DNA of 64,000 nt from Lama glama (taxonomy: Eukaryota), in the NCBI GenBank assembly GCA_028534125.1, contig CM052817.1, positions 91,700,001-91,764,000 of the forward strand. Reading direction: 5' to 3'. Shown here piece by piece: positions 1 to 12,124 of this stretch. The notes under the pieces are model-generated. The model did no database searches. It was not told the origin of the DNA and worked only from the letters and a program-made list of their open reading frames with translations. How positions within the stretch are numbered: position 1 is the first letter of the stretch; each line of letters begins with the position of its first letter. The position numbers and the translations under genes were made by a program.

Positions 1-159
1 GAAAGTAGATCTTAAAAGTTCTCAGCACAAGAAAAAAATTGAAATTATATGAGGTGATGGATGTTAAACTTATGATTATTTTGCAATATGTACATATATC
101 AAATCATGTTGTACATATAAAACTAATACTATATGTGAGTCACATCTCAATGAAAAAAA
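1..159 (+). mobile_element. L1 3' end fragment (old L1MA-type), cut by window edge
   Basis: Typical L1 3'UTR terminus (gtagatcttaaaagttctc...catctcaatgaaaaaaa) ending in an A-rich tail. Confidence 0.7.
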
Positions 160-577
160 TTTATGGTCACCACGATCATGGGAGAGCCAAGACAACAGTG
201 GAGGCAGCATGGAACAGGGCTGAGGGCTCAGGTGGAATCCGTGGTACTTGGGTTCAAATCCTGGGTCTGCCATCTACTAGGGAATAAAGTTAGAATCAGT
301 TTCAGTTAGCATGTAAATCTCAGTAGGATTAAATACACTCTTCCTTCTTTTCTCTTTTTTCCACGGGAAGTGAGAAAGGTCTCAGCCTGGCCTTGGAGCC
401 AGGGAGGGGACCAAAGAGATCCAGGGATTAGAAGTGAAGGAGAGGAAATTGGTTTTGAATTGGCCGAGGAGATGGTTTAACTGCAGGTGCTGCTGCTGGA
501 GGGCTGATTTCCGCAGGTCGGAGCTCAGATAAGGGAGACTTGAAGCCAGATCACGAAGCCAGTCCCGGCCAGGTGCA

Positions 578-587
578 GCTCTGTCAC
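578..587 (-). promoter_or_regulatory. Candidate antioxidant response element (NRF2-type) in MGST2 proximal promoter
   Basis: Minus strand GTGACAGAGC matches RTGACnnnGC, ~190 bp upstream of the ATG; motif match only. Confidence 0.3.
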
Positions 588-625
588 TGACAGCTCGACC
601 CGCCTCCCTTCCTGGTTCTGGTTCC

Positions 626-638
626 AGGGCAAAGGTCA
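626..638 (+). promoter_or_regulatory. DR1 nuclear-receptor element (HNF4/PPAR-RXR type)
   Basis: AGGGCA-A-AGGTCA, ~140 bp upstream of MGST2 ATG; GC box CCCGCC just upstream. Confidence 0.45.
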
Positions 639-778
639 CTCAGCCGCTTGCGTCTCCATTTTTTTTTTTTCTTTCTCAGCTTTGTTAGCCTTGCAAGGAA
701 GGTCAGCCTTGCCAAGTCTGTTACCGTCCCCTGGATTTCTGCAGATAGTTCCGTGAACCAGAACGTTCCACGTGAAAA

Positions 779-836
779 ATGGCCGGGAATTCGATCTTGC
801 TGGCTGCTCTCTCTGTCCTCTCTGCTTGTCAGCAAA
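779..836 (+). CDS. MGST2: Microsomal glutathione S-transferase 2, coding exon 1
   Basis: MAGNSILLAALSVLSACQQ(S) matches the MGST2 N-terminus; donor A|gtaaga at 837. Confidence 0.97.
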
Positions 837-1244
837 GTAAGAGCCCCAGGCAGCGTGTGTGCTGGGGGTGGGGGCTGGGGGACGGGGAGGGGCGTGGGGA
901 GGGAGGGTTTGGGGGGTTCATACTCACTTGCTGGTGGCCCGTGGCCTCTGCAGGGCACAGTGTGTTTAGGGTCATCAGCGTCTCCTTCCCTGGGGACGGG
1001 CAGAGCTTTGGAACATTCCAGGAATTAGTTCTCCCAGTGGGGACGCCGTGGGCCTTCCAAGCCCAGGGATTCTGCATCACCTATGATTACAACCCACAGC
1101 CCAGTGCAAGTGAGCATAGAAGTTAGCTAACCTGGGGGAGTTGAGCTATAAATGTTAATTAGGAGTGTTCCAGATGTAATGTATCTGCTTATAAACCGTG
1201 GCTGTGATTTCTTGAATGCAATCTTAATTTTACTTCTTGTTTTA

Positions 1245-1320
1245 TTTATTTTAGTGGAGGCACTGGGGATTGAACCTTGGACCTTTTGCATGCTAAGCAA
1301 AACTGAGCTATACCCCCCCT
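1245..1320 (-). mobile_element. tRNA-Ala-derived SINE (Vic-1-like), degenerate
   Basis: Reverse complement gggggggtatagctcag...ttagcatgc...ggttcaatccccagtgcctcca plus A-rich tail; homologous to 4767-4884. Confidence 0.8.
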
Positions 1321-2031
1321 CCGCACCTTGAGCCCCAACCTTTTAATTAATGTGTGTTTCTAAAATAAGCTGCCTATGGCAGGTATGATTATCAGGTAAA
1401 AAAAAATCTGCAAAAATATGAGCTGCCAATTAAGTAATTAATTCTAAGTTTTAAAGTGCTTTTCCACTAGGATTATTCAATATCCCAATTGCCTGGTTAA
1501 ATAGAGGGCTTCTTCTCCACTGGAGTCACATTTGCTCAATTCATATTATTGTAGGTACATGCTTACTTAAAAAGCAAAATGGGGAAAGGGACTGAGCCCT
1601 GGTGAGCAAGACTTACCAAGGACATGTATTTATTTATTTTCCCCAGTGTGCTTGTACCAGGAAACAGGGTAGAGTGATGAAGGCACATGGTTTAGGATTA
1701 AAGTCCTGCACGCATACTCGATGGCAGATCTGTTAGCCAGTTTGTGAATTTACGAAAATGTTATACTTAAGACACATTTTGTGGTTTGATTCACCAAGGA
1801 GGATGCTTATTGCCAACTGAAGCAGCACCTAGTTTTCTGAAGTGCCGTGTACTGAGCCCCTGGTTCACAGAGACCTACATGTAGGCACTGCCCACCCGAG
1901 TGTGCAGAGAGCACGGGGGCAGGTCCACGGATGCCCCCAGGCTGACACAGCCTCTGCCATCTCTGCAGAGACGCTCTGTTTGCTGGTGGGTGCAGGGGAC
2001 AGTGTGAACTGTGGCCAGGTCAGGCAGCTGG

Positions 2032-2120
2032 GTGTATGGCCATACCACCCTGAACATGTCCGATCTCATCTGATCTCGGAAGCTAAAGAGGGTCGGGCCT
2101 GGTTAGTACTTGGGTGGGAG
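2032..2120 (+). pseudogene. 5S rRNA pseudogene, 3'-truncated (~nt 1-89)
   Basis: gtgtatggccataccaccctgaacatgtccgatctcatctgatctcggaagctaaagagggtcgggcctggttagtacttgggtgggag aligns to 5S rRNA with CpG-type decay; last ~30 nt missing. Confidence 0.93.
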
Positions 2121-4065
2121 GAGGAGACTGGGCCAATGGTGGTTGGTGGTGGACAGGGAATGTTTAATAATGGTGGAGTGAGGCAGAGAGAGGGGGGAGG
2201 GAGACAATTGTTTAGTTGACATTTAGAACCAGAACTCGCTGCTTTAGCAGAAGTCTTCAAAGAGGATTAAACAGGACACTGGGGAAGACGTGCCCACTGT
2301 GGTGGGCCTAGTGCCCAGGGTTGGTGCTCAGCATGACCAGTTCTGGTCCTTGGCTGCTTCCCCACAGAGAGAAGCTTCTGCTGGATTGAGAGGCAGCCAC
2401 ATGGTGAAGAAGCCCAGCTGCAGCTGGGAGGGTAGGAGATGGGGCCCTGATTCACTTCCCCAGCACACGTGTGCTCCTGGAGAAAGCACGGGAAGAGGAA
2501 AGACAGGCAAAGCCAAAGGAGCTTATTCTCAAGTAGTTTTTAATCAACTCATAGGATGGGAAATAAAATGGAAGCTCTCCAGAAAAAGCGGCGAAGTAGC
2601 CTTTCCACCCTCATCAGGCGGCCCCAGCGATAACCACGGTCGCTCTGAGGCCCCTGACCTCAGAGCCAGCCCGACGGAGTCCTCCTCCTGGGGCTGCGGG
2701 TGAGCTGGGCCTTCCATTTACTGAAGCTCGATCCTCACATTTGCTGCTGCTCCAGACAGGGGCAGGCCAGGTGCAGGAAACAACTGGGGAAAGACCGCAT
2801 GGCAAAGCTCTCACATACTCGGCTTCATTGGAAGCTCCAGGTTTGGGCACCATTGCCAATGTATAAATTTAGGGGCACACATATTTCATTGTTTTCATTT
2901 TATACGTGAAACAAGAAGCCTTGCCTGGTGTTTTCTCTAAGGCTGTGGAGTTAGAAGCAGTGATAACAGGTAGGGTTCAGAATGGCCAAGCCCCAGTTTT
3001 CCCCTCCATAGGTAGATCTCCTTTTGGCTCCAGCGGGGCCCATGAGCCATTGGCCTCTCCAGATTTATGCTGCCTTGAAAAGACAGCCCAGTGTTGGAAA
3101 CCGTCAGAGCCCAGTCCCACAGTTTTATTATCTTCTTTCTACTCTCTCAGACTTCGGGGATGCAACTACAGTTTGAATGAGAACGATGCCTGTCCTCAGT
3201 GTTTACACACTTTAGATGTTCAGCTGTAGCTTCTAAATCTAGACCAACCATTTATTTGTTGCAGAGGGGAAGTCAGGGGAAGGGAAGTGGCCAGCTATGA
3301 GAGCCTTACTCAACCAGGTTCCAGTATTTACTGACTTCTAGTTGAAGGGGAGAGAGGATCCTGTATTCAGGAGGAAACACATGACCTCTAATACTGTCAC
3401 ACAATGGGAGACTGAAGCTGCAAACTTGGTGTGGAAAAGGAAATTATTTTAAAAATATTAGCAAGCAGGAAGTGGATATTGAGGTACTAAGTTGGAGAGA
3501 ACCAGTAAGAAACTGAAACTGGAAGAAATAATCTGAAGGGAAATAACAGGCCTCAGAAGTTAACTATGGGGTAAAAAGAGGGAGATAAGGACAGGAGGGG
3601 AAAACTACTGATAAAGGATGAATTGTGGGCTTGAAAGTGAAGGAGGGTCACGGAAGTAACGATCAGAGGCAGGTGATTCCAGGCATCGGGATTTGATAAT
3701 CTAAGGTAGTTTCCACGCAGTGAACAGAGGAGAGGAAAGTCATTTTGTAATAGGGAACCTGAGTTATGCAGGAAGCCATCATCCCCAGGTTTTCTTGTGA
3801 CCCTCCCCTCTAGCCCTCCTCATCTCTAGGCAAATATTGATCTTCTTTTGTCACTATAGATTCATTTGCACTTCTCAGAATTTTATATAAACTTGTAGCA
3901 TAGTGCTTTTTTTTTGAATCTTGCCTTTTTCATTCAGCATAGTTATCCTGAGATTCATCCATGTTGTTTTGTTTATTAGTAGTTCATTCTTTTTCACTAT
4001 CGAGTAGTATCCTGTTGTATGGATACGCCACAAAGTGTTTATCTACTCACTTGTTAATAGACATT

Positions 4066-4481
4066 TGTGTTAGGGTTTTCCAGAGGAGTTGAACCAATAG
4101 GGTACACACACACACCTGTTTTTTTTTTTTGTTTTGTTTTGTTTTTTTACATCTGTTTTAAGAAATTAGCTCATGTAATAGTTGGGGCTGGCAAGTCTGA
4201 AATTTACAGGGCAGGTTGGAAAGTTGGAAATTCCAACAGTCGATACTACAGTCTTGGGTCCAAAGGGAGGTAAAATCCTTTTCTCTTTGGGGGAACTTAG
4301 ACTCTTTTTTAAGGCCTTTAACTGAGTAGGTGGGACCCATCCACAGCATGGAGGGTAATCTGCTTTACTCAGACTCTGCTGATGTAAATGTTTATCACAT
4401 CTAAAAAATACCTTCACAACAACATCTAGACTGGTGTTTGACCAAATGCTAGCCTAGTTGACACATAAAATGAACCATCAG
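4066..4481 (-). mobile_element. MLT2-type (ERVL) solo LTR
   Basis: tgtgttagggttttccagag...gaaccaatagg...ggggctggcaagtctgaaat...gttgacacataaaatgaaccatca is the reverse of the MLT2 consensus pattern. Confidence 0.8.
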
Positions 4482-4766
4482 AGAGTTGTTCCTAATTTTT
4501 GCCTACTACAGATAAAGCTGCTGTGAACATTTGTGTGCAAGTATTTGTATAGGCATATGATTTCATTTCTCTTAGGAAAATATCTAGTTGTGGAATGACT
4601 GAATCATATAGTCAGTGTATGTCTAACTAACAGATTCCTCCCAAATGGTTTTCCAAAGTGTTTGTACTGTTTTACATTCCCACCAGTAGAGTATGAGAAC
4701 TCCAGTTGTTCTTGTATCCTCACCTTTTTCAGTTGGTGTGATGTCTTTTTAAATTTAAACATTTTA

Positions 4767-4884
4767 GGGGGAGGGTATAGCTCCGTGGTAGAGTTCGCGC
4801 TTAGCATGCGCAAGGTCCTGGATTCAATCTCCAGTACCTCCATTAAAATAATAAAGTAAAAAAACCTAATCCTCCCCGACCAAA
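4767..4884 (+). mobile_element. tRNA-Ala-derived SINE (camelid Vic-1-like) with TSD
   Basis: ggggagggtatagctccgtggtagag...ttagcatg...ggattcaatctccagtacctcca, A-rich linker and aaacctaat-cctcccc tail; TSD aaattta(a/g)acattt at 4751-4764 and 4882-4895. Confidence 0.88.
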
Positions 4885-4995
4885 TTTAGACATTTCAATA
4901 GGTATGTAGTGTTATCTAGCTGTGGTTTAAATTTGCATTTTACTAATGAATAATGATGGGCCATATTTTTAATGTTCATTCCTCTTTACTTGCAG

Positions 4996-5095
4996 GTTAT
5001 TTTGCTTTGCAGGTAGGAAAGGCAAGATCAAAATACAAAGTTATACCCCCGGCAGTCTCTGGGTCACCGGAATTTGAGAGAATATTTCGTGCACA
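4996..5095 (+). CDS. MGST2: MGST2 coding exon 2
   Basis: ttgcag| acceptor; (S)[32 protein letters not shown](Q); donor |gtgagt; 100 nt, phase compatible. Confidence 0.97.
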
Positions 5096-5569
5096 GTGAG
5101 TAATGCTTCTCCCTTCAGGGATATGTACCTGCTACATACACACAATTCCTAATTAGGGGAAAGATGTGCAGAGAAGGTATGCTGATAAAACAAACCACTC
5201 TTCACGGCCAAGACCCTTATCGTGATCCTTGAGGCTTGAAGTAGTCAGTACATGGAAGTTTCTACCCACCTATATTACAAATTCAGAGGGTACATTTACA
5301 CATAAAGCTGGGATCTTAGAGGTGGCTGCTCTATGTCTCTAAGCATGGCAGTTTGGTAAAAGAGCCTGGAGGGGGCCCCCTGAGAGTTCAGTAACCTTAT
5401 GTTGGATTTGTTATGCTATCAGCTTTCCATCTGAAAGCTTTATCTCTTCCTCTCCACTTCAAAACAGAGATAGGTCAGTATCATCCTCTGCCCATGAACC
5501 ATTTCCTAAAATCAGAAACCCGAAAAAATGAGAAAGCTTTCTATTTCGTATGTATTTGTATTGATAGTG

Positions 5570-5770
5570 GGTTTTTTTTGAAGTATTGTTGATTTGTGTG
5601 TTATTTCTGGTGTACAGCATAGTGATTCAGTTATACATATATATATATACACACATTCTTTTTCATTATAGATTATTACAAGATATTGAATGTAGTTCCC
5701 TGTGCTATACAGTAGGACCTTGTTGTTTATCTATTTTGCATATAGTAGTTTGTATCTGCTATTCCTAATG
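5570..5770 (-). mobile_element. L1 3'UTR terminal fragment
   Basis: T-tract then gaagtat...tctggtgtacagcatagtgattcag...cctgtgctatacagtaggaccttg; reverse complement of the L1 end at ~46540-46700. Confidence 0.8.
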
Positions 5771-6572
5771 TGTTCGTAGTGTTTTTGATCACCCTGTGCT
5801 CCTTGCCTTTTCAAATCCACACAGAATGTTTCAGTATAAATTTGCCTGCTGCAAGATGCTAGGCTTCCTTTGTATTTAATCTCCCAAACCAAGTGCTTTT
5901 AAAAACATTGAACATATCAACATTTATACATTGCTTAGTTCTTTCGTTAATACTTTGGGATTTTTCATCTTTGTTCATGAATGACGTTGGACTATAATTT
6001 TCCTTTGTTTTTATAGTCCTTGCTCACTTTGATATCAAGATTATACTAGTCTCACAGAATGAATTAGAGAATTATTTTCTCAGAGAATTCTAATAAGATT
6101 GGAAGAGTGTGTTCCTTCAGAGTTGTTAGAATTTGCCTGTAAAATGATCTAGATTTGATGTTTTTCTTGTGAAAAAGTTTAAACTATGAGATTTGACTTC
6201 TTTAATGATTATGAAATTATTCAGGCTTTTTAATGTCTTGAATCAGCTTGGGTCTGTTGTGGCCCTTGAGCTGACGACATTGGTATCTTGCTCATCTAAT
6301 TGCTCTAAGGAGAATGGCACACACTATTCCCTAGGCTTGAAAGTATGAATACCACTGACAGTACAAGAGATAATTTTAAAAGGTGCATAGACATGTTTAA
6401 ATATATTTTTTATGTGGTAAGAACATGTGACATGAGCTCTACCCTGTTAACTAAATTCTGAGTGTGTAATACATGACTGTTGACTAGAGGTGCAGTGTTT
6501 TACAGCTTATTCATCTCTAGAGCTTATTCATCTTACTTGACTGAAACATTATGTTCAAGATATGGTTTTAAA

Positions 6573-7352
6573 CAAAAAGAAGAAAGAGAAAAAAAAAGAC
6601 CTACAAAAGATTACTTTGGCAGTTCGGGGTCTTTTATGGTTCCATATACATTTTGGAATTGTTTGTTCTGGTTCTGTGAAAAATGTCATGAGTATTTTGG
6701 CAGGGGTTGCATTGGATCTGTAGATTGCTTTGGGCAGTACGGCCATTTTGATGATGTTGATTCTTCCAATCCAGGAGCACAAAATATCTTTCCATTCTTT
6801 GTATCATCTTCAGTTTTCTTCATCAATGTTTTAACAGTTTTCATAGTCACAGGTAACCTCCTTGGTTAGGTTTATTTCTAGGTATTTTGTTGTCTTTGAT
6901 GCAATGGAAATGTTTATGTCAGGTACAAAATTCTGGTTTTTGAAGTGAAAAAAAAAGTGAATGAAGGGCTGCAAATGGCAAAATATCCTTCTTTCTTATG
7001 GATGAGTTGTATTCCATTACTTACATATGCTGCATCTTCTTTATCCATTCATCTATTGAGGTGCACTTAGGATGCTTCCATATATTGGCAATTATAAATA
7101 ATGTTGCTGTTAATAGCACAGTGTATGTATGTTTTTGAATTAATTCTTATTTTGTGGTTGGCTTTATTCCTTTGATAACTATGTAAGTTTAAAAAGCTAA
7201 AGCTATAAACGTTCTTAGAAACATTGAACAGTACATACATGTAAATTTAAAAATATGTGCAGTATATTGTATATATGTATTTATATGCAATATATTGTAT
7301 ATCTGCAGTCAGACTGTAACAATTCTTCTAATAAAACTGAAAAATGAAAAAA
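6573..7352 (+). mobile_element. 5'-truncated copy of composite L1-derived (HAL1-like) retroelement
   Basis: Colinear and highly similar to 38400-39178; AATAAA 7330-7335 and A tail; TSD aagatat(gg/ta)ttttaaa at 6557-6572 and 7353-7368. Confidence 0.85.
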
Positions 7353-8839
7353 AAGATATTATTTTAAATAATTTTGGACCCCATGATGAGAAATTCATTT
7401 CCAGTATCTTTGAATCTTTATGGTTATATGAAGTGGAAAGTATTGGTTTGGTGCCAATATGTCCCACACCCCAGAATTAATATTTATTTTTATTAGGGTA
7501 ATCCATGTATGTAGTCTGAAAATAAAGTGAGATTACAAGCCTTATAACAACAAATAATTCTCCTGACCCCCAATCCATCCCCAGAGATAACCCGTGACAT
7601 TCCTTTTGACTACTACTTTTGGTATTTATTTCTGTATTTCTAAATACTATTGAGTTCACCGCTATTTATTGATTCACAAATTTTAGACATTATCAATTTA
7701 CTTCCTTTTATGGAAGAATTTCATACTCCTCTGTTTCTTTTTCTTCACCTCATCCTTACAGTAAAGTTATCACTATGTTGAGTTAAATCCATAGCCAATG
7801 TTTATGTTATTGTGATTAAATAATGTTCAAAGCTGAATCAAGTGGTATATTGTGATTAAATTTCCTTCTTGTATATTTTTTTGTTTTACCTGGGGTTAAT
7901 AATTGCCTCTTTGTTTATTTGGTTGGTTAGTTTCTTTATGCTGCAATCTGGAGATTGCTCTTTAGGTCTTACACAGTTGTCGTCCTGGGACTTCCTGTTA
8001 ACATCTTAGGAAGTTCCGTTATACTCTACTGATTTGGATCTCCTGTTTCCTGGATCTCATATCATCCTGTTTGTTGGTTTTTCTTTGTTTTGATGGAGTA
8101 CACCCTCCAGACACTTTCTGAGAGAAGGGGAATGTCAGGTTTTGGAATTTCTGAGTATGTCTTAATTCTGCCTCACAGTTGATTCATGGCTTGGTTAGGC
8201 ATTTCTACAGTAAAAATCCGTACCCTCAGAATTTTGAAAACATTGGTTCATTATTATCTAATTTCCACTGATATTGTTGAGGTGTTCTATTCTGATTCCT
8301 GATCCTTTGCTTGGAAACCGTAGAAGCTTTGGGATCTTCCCCTGATCCAAGTGTCCTGAGATGTTATGGTGGTGTTTGCTCAGAGGTATTTTTCTTTGCC
8401 ATGCTGAACCCTAGAGGTGGCTTTCTCAAAGTCTGAAAACTCATATCCTTCTTTTCTAGAATATTTTAAAATATGTTTACCCCTAAATTTTGTCTCCTTA
8501 TTTTCTCTGTTATTTCATTCTTAAAATATATATTAGTTAAGTTGACCTTCTGGATTGATCCTTTAGATTTCTTTTATCTTGAGTTTTTCATCTTCTTGGA
8601 CTTTTGTTCTCTCTGGGATTTCTCGAACCTCTAACCTCTTACTGATTTTTTTAAAAAAATTTCAGATGTGAATTTTAATTCCTAAGAATTTTTAATCCTT
8701 TGATTGTTCTTTAGTTCTTGTTGCTGCTGCTGTTATAGCATTCCTTTTTTGTTTCATGGGTGCAATTTATTCTCTTATATCTGAGGATTTAATTCTATAT
8801 ATATATTTATCTATATATATCTATATATATAGATTTTTT

Positions 8840-8922
8840 TTTAATGGAGGTACTGGTTATTGTACCTAAGACTTCAGGCATGCCAAGCACGCACTCTACC
8901 ACTGAGTTATTTCACTTCCCCC
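8840..8922 (-). mobile_element. tRNA-Ala-derived SINE (Vic-1-like), degenerate
   Basis: aatggaggtactgg...gcatgccaagcacgcactctaccactgagttat...cccc; preceded by T tract and (TA)n. Confidence 0.8.
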
Positions 8923-9006
8923 AATGATACTGTTTTAAAAACAATCTTCCTTTATCATCTCTTGTTTCTTCCAGGTTTCTTATTTTTCTCCTTTGGCCCT
9001 GTCTTT

Positions 9007-9859
9007 TTTTTTTTAATTTTTAAAATTGTTTTAAGTTGAAGTATAGTCAGTTACAATGTGTCAACTTCTGGTGTACAGCATAATGTACCAGTCTTGCATG
9101 TGTGTATATATATATATACACATACACACACACATTTGTTTTCATATTCTTTCATTAAAGGTTATTACAAGATATTGAATATAGTTCCATGTGCTGTACA
9201 GAAGAAATTTGTTTATCTTTCTATATATAGTGGTTAACATTTGCAAATCTCAAACTCCCAAATTGATCCCATCCCACCTCCTTCCCCAATAACCATAAGA
9301 TTGTTTACTATGTCTGCAAGTCTGTTTTTTTTTTTTTGTAGGTAAGTTTATTAGTGTCTTTCTTTCTTTATTCTTCCTTTTTTTTTTCAGGTTTCACAAA
9401 TGGGTGATATCATATGATATTTTTCTTTCTCTTTCTAGCTGACTTCACTTAGAATGATGATCTCCAGGTCCATTCATGTTGCTGCAAATGGCATTATTTT
9501 ATACTTTTTTGTCACTAAGTAGTATTCCTTTGCATATATATACCACAACTTCTTTATCCAATCATCTGTTGATGGACATTTAGGTTGTTTCCATGTCTTG
9601 GCTTTTGTATATAGCACTGGTATGAACATTGGGGTGCATGTATCTTTTCAAATTAGTTCCCTCGAGGTGTATGCCTAGGAGTGGAATTGCTGGATCATAT
9701 GGTAAATCTGTTTTTAGTTTTTTGAGGAATCTCCATAGTGTTTTCCATATGGCTGCACCAAACTACATTCCCACCAGCAGTGTAAGAGCATTCCCTTTTC
9801 TCCACACTGTCTCCAGCATTTATCATTTGTGGACTTTTTACTGATGGCCAATCTGACTT
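9007..9859 (-). mobile_element. 5'-truncated L1 (ORF2 C-terminus + 3'UTR) with 17-bp TSD
   Basis: TSD cctttggccctgtcttt at 8990-9006 and 9860-9876; poly-T at left end; L1 3' motifs. Confidence 0.9.
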
Positions 9860-9884
9860 CCTTTGGCCCTGTCTTTAATTTTTA

Positions 9885-11150
9885 TTTATTATTCACCCAT
9901 TAAATATTTTCTGAGTACCTCTACATATTAGGCATTGTTCTGGTAGCTTGGGATATAGTAGTGGATGACTCAACAAAGATCCTTGCCCTCTTCAAGTTTA
10001 CCTTATAGCCAGGGAAGACAGGCAATGAACAAAAAGCAGATAATACCATAAGAAAATAATACACTATGTAAGGGGGTAGTAAGTGTTAAGAAATACCAGA
10101 AAAAGGAAAGCGTTTGAGGGGATGTGGGGTGGCTTGCAATTTGAATGTGGTAGTCAGTGTGGGCTCCACTGAGAAGGTGGCACTTGAGCAAAAATTTGAA
10201 GCAGTTAGCTATGTGGACATGTAGGACAGTTGCTCTTGAGACAGAAGAAATAGCCTTGTGGGTTCTCAAGAAGTTAGTGTGGCGGAGAGAGGAAGCCAGC
10301 AGAGTGATGGGAGGGACAGTCAGAAACGTAATGGATGGTCAGATCAGGCAGGGCCTTGAAGGCCATTGTGAGGACTCTGGCTTTTTCTCTGACGGAAATG
10401 GAAATTCATTACAGGATTTTAAGCAGAGGAATAACATGATCTTATATTTTAAATGGCTCACTGTATCTGTTTTGCTGAGAATAGTCTGTAGGCATTGGTA
10501 GAAGCAGAAAATTCAGTGAGGAAGCTTCTGCAAAAACTCAGGCAAGGGATGATAGTGACTTGAACCAGGAAAGTAGCAGTACAGATGATGAAATGTGGCA
10601 GATTCTGGGTATATTTTGAGGGTAGAGCCAACAGGATTCCCTGAAATAATAAATATGGAGGGTGAGAAGATTTAAGAACAACTTCCAGATTTTTGGCCTG
10701 AGCATTTTGAAGGATGGAATTGTGATTAACTGAGTCAGAGAAGGCTGCAGGAGGAGCAGTTTGGGGGGGGGAAGATCAGGAGATATGACTTATGGTACAG
10801 CTAAGGAGAAGCTTTAAACATTATGCTCTGCTAAGCAATTTGGATCATTTGTTACTGCATCGTAAACTTTCTAACACATTTTGGCTTACACAGCCAGGCA
10901 GAGAGAGAGAGAGTAGACAGTTGTGTATACTAATCTGCATTTTAGCAGAGAGATCTGAGTTGAAAATATAAATTCGTAAGTCATTGGCACATGGAGATGA
11001 TTTAAAGCCATGAGACTGGATGAAATCTTTAAGGGAGTGGGTGTAGGTAAAGACAAGGAGAGGACCAAGGACTGAACCTGGGGCCCTCTAGCCTCATGAG
11101 ACCAAGAAAACAAAGGTCCAGCAAGGAGATCTGAGCAAAAGAGATTCTGG
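9885..11150 (-). mobile_element. L2 element remnant
   Basis: attcacccattaaatattttctgagtacc...aaagatccttgccctc and aggattttaagcagaggaataacatgatc motifs typical of L2. Confidence 0.75.
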
Positions 11151-12124
11151 AAGCCTTACTCAAATGTCAGGTCATTCTTGATTGACTGTCTGTGCAATTT
11201 AAGAAAGAGACACTAGGGAGTGAACTGGGAGCTCCATGTGGTGGGCAGGGCTTACTGGGTGGGCAGCTTCATACAAGGGTGATGGATTAGGAGGCAGCTG
11301 TCTTCTGGGGGGACCCCAAACATCAGTATCTGTAGGTCATCTTTCTGGGACCATTTCTCTAGAAAACGCCCTTACCCCCCCTACGAGGGAGGAGAGAGTG
11401 AGTGGTGATGGAGAAGGGTAGGTATCATAGGCCTGACTTACAGTAGTCTGACAGTGCGGTGGGTGAAGGAAGGAAGATTCTTCCACTGTGCAGTATGTGG
11501 ATTTGTTCAGTACAGAATTTTACCCCCACCCTCCACTGGTCCTGGAGCTCTCAGAGATTCTCTGGTTCAGTTTCTCCAAACAATAATCCCCCCATTTCCT
11601 ATGATGGAGGAGTAGGGATGGGCCTCAGGGTTGGAGTGGAGCCAAAGCCCTCCTTATACTGTCTTTCAGCAACTCTTCGTATCAGGCATTGGTCTCCAAG
11701 GAGCCTGGGCCCCTGCTTCCTGAGCCTCTTGGGTTCTGGGATAAGGACTGTCTCAGTCTTGGTTTGTTCTTCCTCCTGCAGGCACTTTGGTTTAGCTTTC
11801 TGCACTCTGTCAACTCAGCTACTGTTCCCCATGTGCTGGCTTTCCTTAAGAACTTTGTTACCATCTCTCTTCCACTGCTGTGTCTGCTCCCATTTCCCTT
11901 GTTCTTGAAAACTTTGTATCTATTTTTTATTCCTTTATTGGCATTTTAGTGAAGCTTCGGGAGGGAGAAGAAATAAACATGGATTTATTTTGCTACGTTT
12001 AGCTGGAAGTCCTCATGATGTATTCTTGACACCTCTTGGACCCCATTTCCCTCACTCGGCAGAAGAAGGATCTCCTGCTCAGAGCCTTCAGTCTTCAGTA
12101 GCATCTAATGAGAATCTGACAATT

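Larger units (their letters stand above)
3770..4965 (-). mobile_element. Old L1 (L1MC/ME-type) 3' region, interrupted by MLT2 LTR and a SINE
   Basis: Antisense L1 3' motifs (agattcatccatgttg, gtatggatacgccaca, tttacattcccaccag, aatttgcatttt). Confidence 0.7.

Noticed and set aside
779..1126. 115-aa ORF starting MAGNSILL
   Set aside because: Only the first 58 nt are MGST2 exon 1; the rest reads into intron 1
2032..2120. Functional 5S rRNA gene
   Set aside because: Truncated, mutated, solitary, no Pol III terminator
2465..2720. CpG-containing segment with 137-aa ORF and short hairpin (ctctgagg...cctcagag)
   Set aside because: No recognisable protein; may be an old LTR fragment but cannot be assigned
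4767..4842. tRNA-Ala(AGC)-like gene
   Set aside because: Has SINE tail and TSD, and two degenerate sister copies in the window; it is a SINE
6573..7352. Segmental duplication or assembly duplicate of 38400-39178
   Set aside because: Copies are diverged, flanks unrelated, and each has its own TSD
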